From assembly GCA_902798585.1 (NCBI GenBank), contig CADBXF010000005.1, positions 82,824-146,823 of the forward strand: DNA of 64,000 nt, written 5' to 3'. The position numbers and the translations under genes are program-made. The stretch comes from an uncultured Lachnospiraceae bacterium (GTDB lineage: Bacteria > Bacillota > Clostridia > Lachnospirales > Lachnospiraceae). The notes beneath the pieces are model-generated. The model saw only the letters and a list, made by a program, of their open reading frames with translations, made no database searches and was not told the DNA's origin. Positions 38,317-46,527 of this stretch are shown here, piece after piece. How positions within the stretch are numbered: position 1 is the stretch's first letter; each line of letters starts with the position of its first letter.

Positions 38317-38334
38317 CCGTCGTCTCCTTCCGGC

Positions 38335-39006
38335 CTATTCGACAATATATCCGCTGCCGACCTTCGTGGTGATAAAGCCGGGCAGCCCGACGCCCTCCAG
38401 CTTCTTGCGAAGACGCGTCACATTGACGGTCAGCGTGTTCTCCTCGACATAGCAGTCGTCCTGCCAGAGCGCCGTCATGAGAGAATCCCGGGAGACGATT
38501 TTGCCTGCATTTTCAAGGAGAGTTCGCAGAATCCGGAACTCATTTTTCGTAAGCTCGACCCGCTCCCCCTCATACATCGCGGAATTGTCCCCGAGATTCA
38601 GGGTAAGCCCGCGGTGCGACAGCGTCTGCGGCATCTCGCCGAGATCGTACGCCCGGCGCAGAATCGCGGACACCTTCGCGGTCAGCACCATGGGATCCAC
38701 GGGCTTCGGGATGAAATCGTCGGCGCCCAGATTCATCGCCATCACAATGTTCATATTGTCCGCCGCCGAAGAGAGAAACACAATCGGTACATTCGAGGCC
38801 TTGCGGATCTCCGTACACCAGTGGTAGCCGTTGAAAAACGGCAGCATCACATCCACCAGGACCATCTGCGGATCGCACGCCGCGAACTCCTCCATCACAT
38901 TGCGGAAATCGCGCACCGTGACAACCTCGTTGCCCCAGCTCTCAATCTGTTTTTTAATCGCCTGCGCAAGCGCGTAGTCGTCCTCAATCAAAAAAATCTT
39001 CTTCAT
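38335..39006 (-). CDS. OmpR-family (BceR-type) response regulator
   Basis: MKKIFLIEDDYALA...VLVDVMLPFFNG receiver domain and a C-terminal winged helix. Start at 39006 (GGGGAGG RBS). Confidence 0.9.
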   Translation of the reverse strand: MKKIFLIEDDYALAQAIKKQIESWGNEVVTVRDFRNVMEEFAACDPQMVLVDVMLPFFNGYHWCTEIRKASNVPIVFLSSAADNMNIVMAMNLGADDFIPKPVDPMVLTAKVSAILRRAYDLGEMPQTLSHRGLTLNLGDNSAMYEGERVELTKNEFRILRTLLENAGKIVSRDSLMTALWQDDCYVEENTLTVNVTRLRKKLEGVGLPGFITTKVGSGYIVE

Positions 39007-39169
39007 GCAGTACCTCCCCGTTTCCGCGGATGCTTCTCCAATTATACACGATTCTGCGAGGAATTCCAACAGGCAACCGCGCGGAATCACACAAAAAGCA
39101 GGGCACCGGATTGCTCCGATGCCCCGCGGAAAATGCACGCCTGTTTTCGCCGATGCGACCTCCCGTCGA

Positions 39170-42085
39170 TCAATGGATGAACCGAACCGACAGCAGATGC
39201 CCGTTGCCGCCGCCGACCTTGGTCAGGTACAATGCCGACACGCCGTCCGGAATCGGGCAGGCTGCGCGGTACTTCTCCCAAATGTCGGAGGAATCGACCC
39301 TGACAGTGCCGACGACCGGGCCGCCGATTTCGGTGCGGACCTCGAAGGTGTCGTGGATATATCCCCGAACTGTGAGTTCAATCTCCTTCACGCCCTTGAA
39401 CGCAATGTACTTAAAACCGATGGTGGTGCCTTCGTGAATGTTTGCGACATAGGAAGGATTCTTATCGCCGTCGCGGCCGTCCTGGGTGATGCGCGGCTGG
39501 TTGCCGATACCTACGAGCCAGTGCATCGGCTGCGTAATCTCCGTATCAAACAGATTGCACGCGATGTGCGCCGGAAGTTCCTCCGTGTCGCGAAGCGGTC
39601 CGCCGTTGAGACCGCAGGAGGTGATCTCTGCCTGCGCAATCGAACCGTCTGCGGCGAACTTCACTTCCTCCGCGCAGCCCTGGCGCGAGTACCATGTCGC
39701 GTTGGTCTGGCGATGATAGAAAATATAGCGCTTTCCCGCAATCTCGATGAGACTTCCGTGGTTGTTTGCGCCGTACGCCGCAGGCGTCTCCGCATCCTTG
39801 TAGGTGCCGATGTGGAAGTCGCTGTTGCTTACAATCACGCCGCCGTACGCAAACGGCCCCTCGGGGCTGTCCGAAGTCGCATAGCAGAGCTCGTGCATCA
39901 CTTCGCTCGAGTAGATGAAATAGTATTTTCCGTCGAATTTGCGGATGGACGATGCCTCGAAAAATGCATGCCCCTCGAAGCCCGTGCCCTCGCTGTAGCA
40001 GGAGCCCGGAACCACGATGCGCGGCTCCTTCACGATAGTGAGCATGTCCGGCGCGAGCACCGTCAGCTGCGAGCCGTGGCGGCTCTTGTCTCCTCTGCCG
40101 CAGAAGCCCGTGAAGAGGTATGTCGTATCTCCCTCGGTCAGTACACCCGGATCGAACTGCGGCTCGTCGCCCTCGCGCTCGCCCAGTCTCGTGCCGTCCG
40201 CATAGTGCACATAGCCGTAAAATTCATATTTTCCGGCCGGCGTGTCGCATACCGCAACGGAGACGATGCCGACCTTGTCAAGCACATAGTACAGATAGTA
40301 CCGGCCGTCGGGACCCACGGTCACATCGGGCGCATACAGAACCATGTTGCCCCGGGAGTTGACCGGATCCTGTGTCTTTTTGTAGGTGACGCCCTCATAG
40401 CGCCAGTTGCCGAGATCATTTACCGGCGCGGACCAGCATACATAGTCGCCCTGGCAGAACACATAGCCGTTGAACTGGTCGTGCGAACCGTACACATAGA
40501 CGCGGTCGCCGAAGACATACGGCTCGCCGTCCGGGATGTACTCCCAGTTCGGAAGGTAAGGATTATACGCCTGTTTGCGCTCCGGAATCGTCTGGTCGGT
40601 GATGACACCGATCATGAAATCGTTGAAAGGCGTGTTCTCAAAGCTCGGAACGCAGCCCTCCTTCAGAAAATTCATGCCGCAGTGCGCGCCCGTCCCGTAC
40701 GGCCGCCACACGGGCATATCAGTGCCGTCGGCATCCCTGCCGTTCGGGTCGCCGCTCTTTACGAAGTTCGTCAGATAGTTGCACATCATCCGCGCAAGGT
40801 CAAAATGATATCCCTTGAACGGTCTCCAGCAGGCCGCAAGCGTCTCGAAGAAGAACCACAGGTCAACCGAGTGGAACGTGCCGGGATTGTCCCAGCCGGG
40901 GATGTCCGGATTGAAGTTGTAATAGTAGCTCGGCGCCTCGTTGTGGGCAAATGCAGCCTTCACCGCACACTCCAGACTGTCGACCGGCGCGAACAGTTTG
41001 CCGTTTCTCGCATGCGCCTCCGGGAAGGACATGAATTCGTCGTACTTATCGCCGAGCGCCTTCTTCGCCTTCTCCGCAAAGGTCTCCTCGTCGTCCGCGA
41101 AGATGAACGCCTTGAACTCGTCGCCCGTGTTGCCGGAGATCATCGGGACATTCGCATGCTTGCCCTGAAGGAACAATACATACGGGTCCGCAACCATGAA
41201 CCGTCCGTCGATGGTCGGCGCAAAACGGGGATGCGTCTGGGCGAATTCCCCGTATTTGTCGCGGATGAACATCGCGTCGAGCGCTCTCGCCTCCGCAAGA
41301 GTCTTAACGCCCAAATACTCGAAAAATGCCTCGCCGGTCTCCTCGGCCTTCGCCAGCGGCTTCGGCGTGATAAAACCGTCGAGCTCATAAGGGCTCCGAA
41401 TCATGCCGCTGTGCACAATCGCCTTCTGGAACAGGCCGATGCTCTGCGGGCTCGTCAGGTGATTCATGACGCTTCCGCCGCCCGCCGACTGTCCGCCGAT
41501 GGTAATGTTCTGCGGATCGCCGCCGAACGCGGCAATGTTGCGGATGACCCACTTAAGGCCCGCCTGCTGGTCGAGGTTACCGAAGTTCGTCGGAGCCTCG
41601 GGCGACTCCTTCGTAATCTCCGGATGCGAGATAAAGCCGAATGCACCAAGACGGTAGTTTACGCTGACCACAACCACGCCGCGCTTAGCGATATTTTCCC
41701 CGTTAAATTCCATCTCCGGCGGATATCCCCACTGAAAACCGCCGCCGAAGAACCATACATACACGGGCAGCCTGTCCGTGTCGCTCTGAGCGTTCGTCCA
41801 GACATTTAAATACAGGCAGTCCTCGTCCATCGGAATCTCCGGATCCACATGCCACTCGCGGCAGTAGATGTCCGTTCCGAGGCCCGGCGTATCCTGCACG
41901 GAAATCGGTCCGAAGGTATAGCAATCCCGCACGCCTTCCCAATCCGCTGCGGGCTGCGGGGCGCGCCAACGGTTTTCACCGACCGGCGGAGCCGCAAAAG
42001 GAATCCCCTTAAACACAGTGATGCGGGTGTTGTTGCCTGGCAGACCGCGCACCGCACCGTTCTCGGTTTTTACTACTTTAAGCAT
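39170..42085 (-). CDS. fusion protein: type-B carboxylesterase domain plus GH43 domain plus C-terminal beta-sandwich
   Basis: The N-terminal ~500 aa carry VRGLPGNN...FKGIPFAAPPVGENRW and the nucleophile elbow GGQSAGG. The C-terminal part has GH43-type blades (YVFGDRVYVYGSHD, LYAPDVTVGPDGRYYLYY, FEASSIRKFDGKYYFIYS). Start at MLKVVK (GAGGAGGAAA RBS). Confidence 0.85.
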   Translation of the reverse strand: MLKVVKTENGAVRGLPGNNTRITVFKGIPFAAPPVGENRWRAPQPAADWEGVRDCYTFGPISVQDTPGLGTDIYCREWHVDPEIPMDEDCLYLNVWTNAQSDTDRLPVYVWFFGGGFQWGYPPEMEFNGENIAKRGVVVVSVNYRLGAFGFISHPEITKESPEAPTNFGNLDQQAGLKWVIRNIAAFGGDPQNITIGGQSAGGGSVMNHLTSPQSIGLFQKAIVHSGMIRSPYELDGFITPKPLAKAEETGEAFFEYLGVKTLAEARALDAMFIRDKYGEFAQTHPRFAPTIDGRFMVADPYVLFLQGKHANVPMISGNTGDEFKAFIFADDEETFAEKAKKALGDKYDEFMSFPEAHARNGKLFAPVDSLECAVKAAFAHNEAPSYYYNFNPDIPGWDNPGTFHSVDLWFFFETLAACWRPFKGYHFDLARMMCNYLTNFVKSGDPNGRDADGTDMPVWRPYGTGAHCGMNFLKEGCVPSFENTPFNDFMIGVITDQTIPERKQAYNPYLPNWEYIPDGEPYVFGDRVYVYGSHDQFNGYVFCQGDYVCWSAPVNDLGNWRYEGVTYKKTQDPVNSRGNMVLYAPDVTVGPDGRYYLYYVLDKVGIVSVAVCDTPAGKYEFYGYVHYADGTRLGEREGDEPQFDPGVLTEGDTTYLFTGFCGRGDKSRHGSQLTVLAPDMLTIVKEPRIVVPGSCYSEGTGFEGHAFFEASSIRKFDGKYYFIYSSEVMHELCYATSDSPEGPFAYGGVIVSNSDFHIGTYKDAETPAAYGANNHGSLIEIAGKRYIFYHRQTNATWYSRQGCAEEVKFAADGSIAQAEITSCGLNGGPLRDTEELPAHIACNLFDTEITQPMHWLVGIGNQPRITQDGRDGDKNPSYVANIHEGTTIGFKYIAFKGVKEIELTVRGYIHDTFEVRTEIGGPVVGTVRVDSSDIWEKYRAACPIPDGVSALYLTKVGGGNGHLLSVRFIH

Positions 42086-42369
42086 ACATTTCCTCCTCAA
42101 AATTGCAGGACCGGCATCCCGCACAAATGGATATTTCCGGTCCGAAGATATATCCCAATTATACTGTTTTGAGACGGAAAATTCAATCTTCGTCGATGTG
42201 TTATACAATACACTTTGATATCAAATTAGATGGCAAAACAGCGCGAATCCGAAGCTTCGCAAACGGGCGGAGCATCTCTGTGCCGACATTCCCGCATAAC
42301 GCAAAGAGGGCCGAGCCGTAAGCTCTGCCCTCTCTGCGTACATTCAAGGGAAACATCCAAAAAGTTTGG

Positions 42370-44337
42370 TTATATATCAAACCAGAAGGTTGTGCCGTCC
42401 TCACCGCTCTCGCAGCCGTACTTTGCCTTGTGAAGCTCGAGAATCTGCTTGGTGATGGCAAGTCCGAGGCCGGTCCTTTTGCCCGTGCGGTCATCGGGGG
42501 TCTTGGCGCGCGATTCATCCGCGCAGTAGAAGGAATCCCATACCAGCGGAAGCTTATCCGCCGGAATCGGCGCTCCGTCGTTGGTGACTTGATACCGCAC
42601 CGTATCCTTCTTCTTCGAAATATCGATGGAAATTTTCTTATCCCCGTAGCGAATCGCATTCGTCAGCAGATTGGTGAGAACCGTCCGCATCATCGAAAGA
42701 TCCGCCTGCACCGTCAGCACCTCCGGATCCGATGGCAGATTGACGGAAAATTCCTTTCCCTCCGAGATTGCCTCCAGCTTCTTCATCACGAATTCGTTCA
42801 GCTCAGCCAGATTCACCGGCTCCGGATTCATCTTCTTAGCCTTGGCTTCAAACCTCGACAGATCCAGCATGTCCCCGACCAGACTGTTCACATAATCAAT
42901 CTGCGAACTCATATCCTGCTGCGAGAGCGTGCGCTGCTCCTCGTCGAGATCGCTCCAGTTCTCGATATAATTTTTCGTGACTGCAAGCGGCGTCTTCAAC
43001 TCGTGCGCAACCGCGCGGGTCATCGAAAGTCTGCTCTTTTCGTAGTATTCCTGCCGCCTTCGGAGTGACCGTACAAGAAGAATAATCACGGAGACGATAG
43101 CGCCCCAGACTGCGGCGATAGCCAAAAACACAAAGCGGAATTTGTGTACCGCGGAAGCGAACGGATGAACGACATATGAGGTCACGAAATCCGGAACCTT
43201 GCCCGATGTCTGGGAGGTAATGCCCGTTCTTCGGAACCAATAGCTCGTGAAAAAGCCCGGTTCGGCAATCAATCCGGGATGTTCCGTCTCCGGCCGGATC
43301 AAATCGAGCGGCACATTTTTCACATGCGTCAGCAACGCATCTTTTGCTTCCTGATCCTGCTTCGCTTTTTCTTTCTGCGTCATCCCGGAACTGTATCGGC
43401 TCGGAAATCTGGAAAACGATGTCACAACTATGATTGACCGATTGTCACCTTTGCCCTGCATGCTGTCATACCAGCTTTCATACAAGCGGGTGTATTCCGG
43501 ATTATTACCCTGCCCGTAGCTCACGCAGGACATCATCGCTCTGTCGATGCAGATGACTCGCTGACCGCCCTCCGGTATTCGCAGACTCCCCTCACTCGGA
43601 ATGGCATCATACTCGCAATATACACCGTCCTCCTGACGCAGGACTCCTATTTTCTCGACATAAAGCAGCGAATCCTTCACAACACCGTACAGACAGATCG
43701 GCAGACAGTTCAGCATCATGTCTTCGCCGTTACCGCGTCCGCTGTTCGACAACTGTTCGGTATCCATCACCTCAAGGACACTCTCCGGAATCGGCACATA
43801 GATAGTGACGAAGGAGAAAAGATCACTGCTTATGACAGTGCCGTCCTCGCCCACTCCGGTGAGAACTCTCCGGATAATATAATTCCCCGTGGCATCGTCA
43901 AATTCGAGCATAACATAATCCGAATCGGACCCCGGATACTTCATCCAGTCGTCCAGGCTTTCCTCAATCGTTGACGCCTGGTAGGTTTTGAGAAAATCCC
44001 TCGGAACATCGATAATCTTCCCGTCACCATCCACAATCGCGCAGTATTTTCCGATCTCCGTATCGTCAACGGAATCCAGACTGGCCTGCGCATAATAGCT
44101 GCGCTTGGAATACTCAACCACTTCCGACTCAACCATATTTGTGAAATCATATATAATCGTTGTGTTCAGCGAAAGCATCGGATAATAGGAAAAATCGACG
44201 CCGCTTTTGACCTTCTGGTCCATGCGCTCGTTGATATCATTGACTTCCGTCACCGTGAGGTATCCCATCACGCCGAGCGTTATCACTGCCATCAGAAGGC
44301 TCAAAAGCAGTGTTAGTCTTCGGTAGTACTTTTTCAT
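42370..44337 (-). CDS. sensor histidine kinase with large extracytoplasmic domain
   Basis: TM1, about 340 aa of periplasmic-type domain, TM2, H-box VAHELKTPLAV, GLGLAITKQILELH. Confidence 0.88.
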   Translation of the reverse strand: MKKYYRRLTLLLSLLMAVITLGVMGYLTVTEVNDINERMDQKVKSGVDFSYYPMLSLNTTIIYDFTNMVESEVVEYSKRSYYAQASLDSVDDTEIGKYCAIVDGDGKIIDVPRDFLKTYQASTIEESLDDWMKYPGSDSDYVMLEFDDATGNYIIRRVLTGVGEDGTVISSDLFSFVTIYVPIPESVLEVMDTEQLSNSGRGNGEDMMLNCLPICLYGVVKDSLLYVEKIGVLRQEDGVYCEYDAIPSEGSLRIPEGGQRVICIDRAMMSCVSYGQGNNPEYTRLYESWYDSMQGKGDNRSIIVVTSFSRFPSRYSSGMTQKEKAKQDQEAKDALLTHVKNVPLDLIRPETEHPGLIAEPGFFTSYWFRRTGITSQTSGKVPDFVTSYVVHPFASAVHKFRFVFLAIAAVWGAIVSVIILLVRSLRRRQEYYEKSRLSMTRAVAHELKTPLAVTKNYIENWSDLDEEQRTLSQQDMSSQIDYVNSLVGDMLDLSRFEAKAKKMNPEPVNLAELNEFVMKKLEAISEGKEFSVNLPSDPEVLTVQADLSMMRTVLTNLLTNAIRYGDKKISIDISKKKDTVRYQVTNDGAPIPADKLPLVWDSFYCADESRAKTPDDRTGKRTGLGLAITKQILELHKAKYGCESGEDGTTFWFDI

Positions 44338-44365
44338 TTCCTCCCCCTTTCACTGCCCGGCCGCT

Positions 44366-45040
44366 TCATTCCTTCCAGTAATACCCGGCTTTCATGGCGG
44401 TGCAGATATGGTCCCCCGCCGCTCCGAGTGCGGCCCGCAGTTTTTTGATGTGGTTGTCCACGGTGCGCTCGTAGCCCTCATACTCCGCCCCCCACACCAG
44501 ATCGAGAATCTGCGTCCGCGAGAGTATCTGATTTCGGTGTTCCACCAGAAGGAGCAGCAGCTCATACTCCTTCGGAGCGAGCGGCACCGTGGTTTCGTTC
44601 ACGAGAACACGCCGCCTTGCCGGCTCAATCGTCAATTCGCCGATTCGTGTGATTCCGCCCTTGACAACGAGGCCGCGATACCGGTTGATGAGCGCATTGA
44701 TTTTCGCCACGAGAATAGTTGCGGAAAACGGCTTCGTAATATACTCATCCGCTCCGATCTCATAGCTCTCGACAATCGTCTCCTCCCGGTCGAGCGCCGT
44801 AAGGAAAATGACGGGCACATCATATCGTTTGCGGAGAAACCGGCAGACCTCCAGGCCGTCCTTTTTCGGCATCATGATATCCAGAATCACCGCGTCATAG
44901 TGATTGCCCATGATAGCCCATTCTGCTTCTTCCCCGTCACAAACTGCATCTACCGTAAACCCCCGTTTTTGCAAGAACGCTGCCGTTATATTGCGGAGTC
45001 CCGGTTCATCCTCTGCAAACAATACTCTGTAGCCCATCAT
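44366..45040 (-). CDS. OmpR-family response regulator
   Basis: VLFAEDEPGL...DAVILDIMMPKKDG receiver domain and a winged-helix C-terminus. Confidence 0.9.
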   Translation of the reverse strand: MMGYRVLFAEDEPGLRNITAAFLQKRGFTVDAVCDGEEAEWAIMGNHYDAVILDIMMPKKDGLEVCRFLRKRYDVPVIFLTALDREETIVESYEIGADEYITKPFSATILVAKINALINRYRGLVVKGGITRIGELTIEPARRRVLVNETTVPLAPKEYELLLLLVEHRNQILSRTQILDLVWGAEYEGYERTVDNHIKKLRAALGAAGDHICTAMKAGYYWKE

Positions 45041-45135
45041 CGCCCCTCCTCGATGCCATCATATCAATCCGATATATCGTTTTTATATCCGGACGAATAA
45101 TTTTTTCATTTTGCGAAAAATGTTCCGTAACCTGC

Positions 45136-45171
45136 AAAAACGGGGCGGTCCGCATCCTGCGAACCGCCCCG
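45136..45171 (-). terminator. rho-independent terminator of rubrerythrin gene
   Basis: GGGGCGGT-loop-ACCGCCCC, followed on the minus strand by TTTTTG. Confidence 0.8.
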
Positions 45172-45186
45172 CTGATTATTCCGCAA

Positions 45187-45852
45187 TCAATAGTTCTCGG
45201 CGTGAATCTCGAAATAGCTCTGCGGATGTGCGCATACCGGGCAAACCTCGGGCGCCTTCGTGCCGACCACGATGTGACCGCAGTTGCGGCACTCCCAAAC
45301 CTTGACCTCGCTCTTCGCGAACACTTCCTGTGCCTCGACATTGTGAAGCAGTGCGCGATAGCGCTCCTCATGGCGCTTCTCAATCGCCGCTACGCCGCGG
45401 AACTTCGCGGCAAGCTCCGGGAAGCCCTCGGCTTCCGCCGTCTTTGCAAAGCCCTCATACATGTCGGTCCATTCATAGTTCTCGCCGTCAGCCGCTGCCG
45501 CAAGATTCTCCGCAGTGCTGCCGATGCCGTTCAGCTCCTTGAACCACATCTTCGCATGTTCCTTCTCGTTGTCCGCCGTCAGCAGGAACAGAGCGGCAAT
45601 CTGCTCGAAGCCCTCCTTCTTGGCCTTCGATGCAAAATATGTATACTTGTTTCTCGCCTGGGACTCGCCGGCAAATGCCGCCTGCAGGTTTTTCTCGGTC
45701 TGCGTTCCCGCGTACGGATTCTTCGCATCCGCCGCAACCTCGCTCACAAGCTCAAGACTGTCGCCCGTAACGCCGCAAACCGGGCAAACCGGCTCCTCAC
45801 CGTCGGCAACGGTGAATACCTCACCGCACAATGTGCACTTATATGTCTTCAT
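45187..45852 (-). CDS. rbr: rubrerythrin with rubredoxin-like CxxC pairs at both termini
   Basis: N-terminus CTLC...CPVC, ferritin-like four-helix core ([18 protein letters not shown]...EKEHAKMW), C-terminus CRNC...CPVC. Confidence 0.9.
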   Translation of the reverse strand: MKTYKCTLCGEVFTVADGEEPVCPVCGVTGDSLELVSEVAADAKNPYAGTQTEKNLQAAFAGESQARNKYTYFASKAKKEGFEQIAALFLLTADNEKEHAKMWFKELNGIGSTAENLAAAADGENYEWTDMYEGFAKTAEAEGFPELAAKFRGVAAIEKRHEERYRALLHNVEAQEVFAKSEVKVWECRNCGHIVVGTKAPEVCPVCAHPQSYFEIHAENY

Positions 45853-45929
45853 AGTTCTTCTCTCCTTTGATTATTGTATTTGCCGTCGCCGGACGAAATG
45901 CCGGCGAAACGCATTCGGATTTCCGCCGC

Positions 45930-46304
45930 TCACGCCTTCCACAGGCTGTGCAGGTTGCAATATGCATATACCGCCTCAACCTCGTCGCCCTCGCAGACGG
46001 CGAAGCAGGCCTTCGGCTCCGCTCCCGGCGCAAGCACCTTCCTCTGGTTGCCGAACTTTGTCTTCAACGCAATCCATTCAATATAATGTTCCGGAAGCAT
46101 CGGATGCACAACGCTTCCGACCGTAACCGTGACAATTCCGTCCGCAACTGTGTACACCGGCACATGCTTCTCCACGGAAGCATCCGTCGTCCCCGGAACA
46201 ATTTCCTTCATCGGCTGACCGCAGCACATAATCGGCACGCCGGTCTTCTTGACGACCGCAACAATCTGACCGCAGTGCTCACAGCGATAAAACACCATTT
46301 CCAT
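45930..46304 (-). CDS. dfx: desulfoferrodoxin (2Fe superoxide reductase)
   Basis: 124 aa. Desulforedoxin-like N-terminus YRCEHCGQIV...MCCGQPM. SOR centre II residues EKHVP...HPM...CNLHSLW. Confidence 0.92.
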   Translation of the reverse strand: MEMVFYRCEHCGQIVAVVKKTGVPIMCCGQPMKEIVPGTTDASVEKHVPVYTVADGIVTVTVGSVVHPMLPEHYIEWIALKTKFGNQRKVLAPGAEPKACFAVCEGDEVEAVYAYCNLHSLWKA

Positions 46305-46399
46305 TACGCAAGTTCCTCCTTCTCAAAAAATCTTCGGCTAAACCGCCTCGGAAGTATTATAACACATTCGACGCGGTCTGTCACTTATGATATAATGGC

Positions 46400-46445
46400 A
46401 AAAACGATATAAAAAAAGCAAAAAAGTGCAAAAAGTCGAAAAAAA
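46400..46445. other. five phased A-tracts (predicted intrinsic DNA bend)
   Basis: A5-A7 runs start at 46400, 46411, 46420, 46430 and 46439 (9-11 bp spacing) in the divergent dfx/sigma intergenic region. Confidence 0.6.
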
Positions 46446-46527
46446 GTCCGGCGAACCCCTAACCGATTACATTTTTCGACATTATCCCTTTGAAAGCTTT
46501 CAAACCGAACGGAAAGGAGTGAGCGCG

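Noticed and set aside
39005-41809. Very long antisense ORFs: 39005..41809 (934 aa), 29482..31458 (658 aa), 31507..33426 (639 aa), 37336..39180 (614 aa), 52001..53845 (614 aa), 60887..62557 (556 aa), 10885..12507 (540 aa), 46606..47931 (441 aa), 25197..26327 (376 aa) and similar
   Set aside because: Each lies opposite a gene with clear family motifs. Their products are Arg/His/Pro/Leu-rich with no motifs, and such shadow ORFs are expected in ~60% GC DNA because stop codons are rare on the antisense strand.
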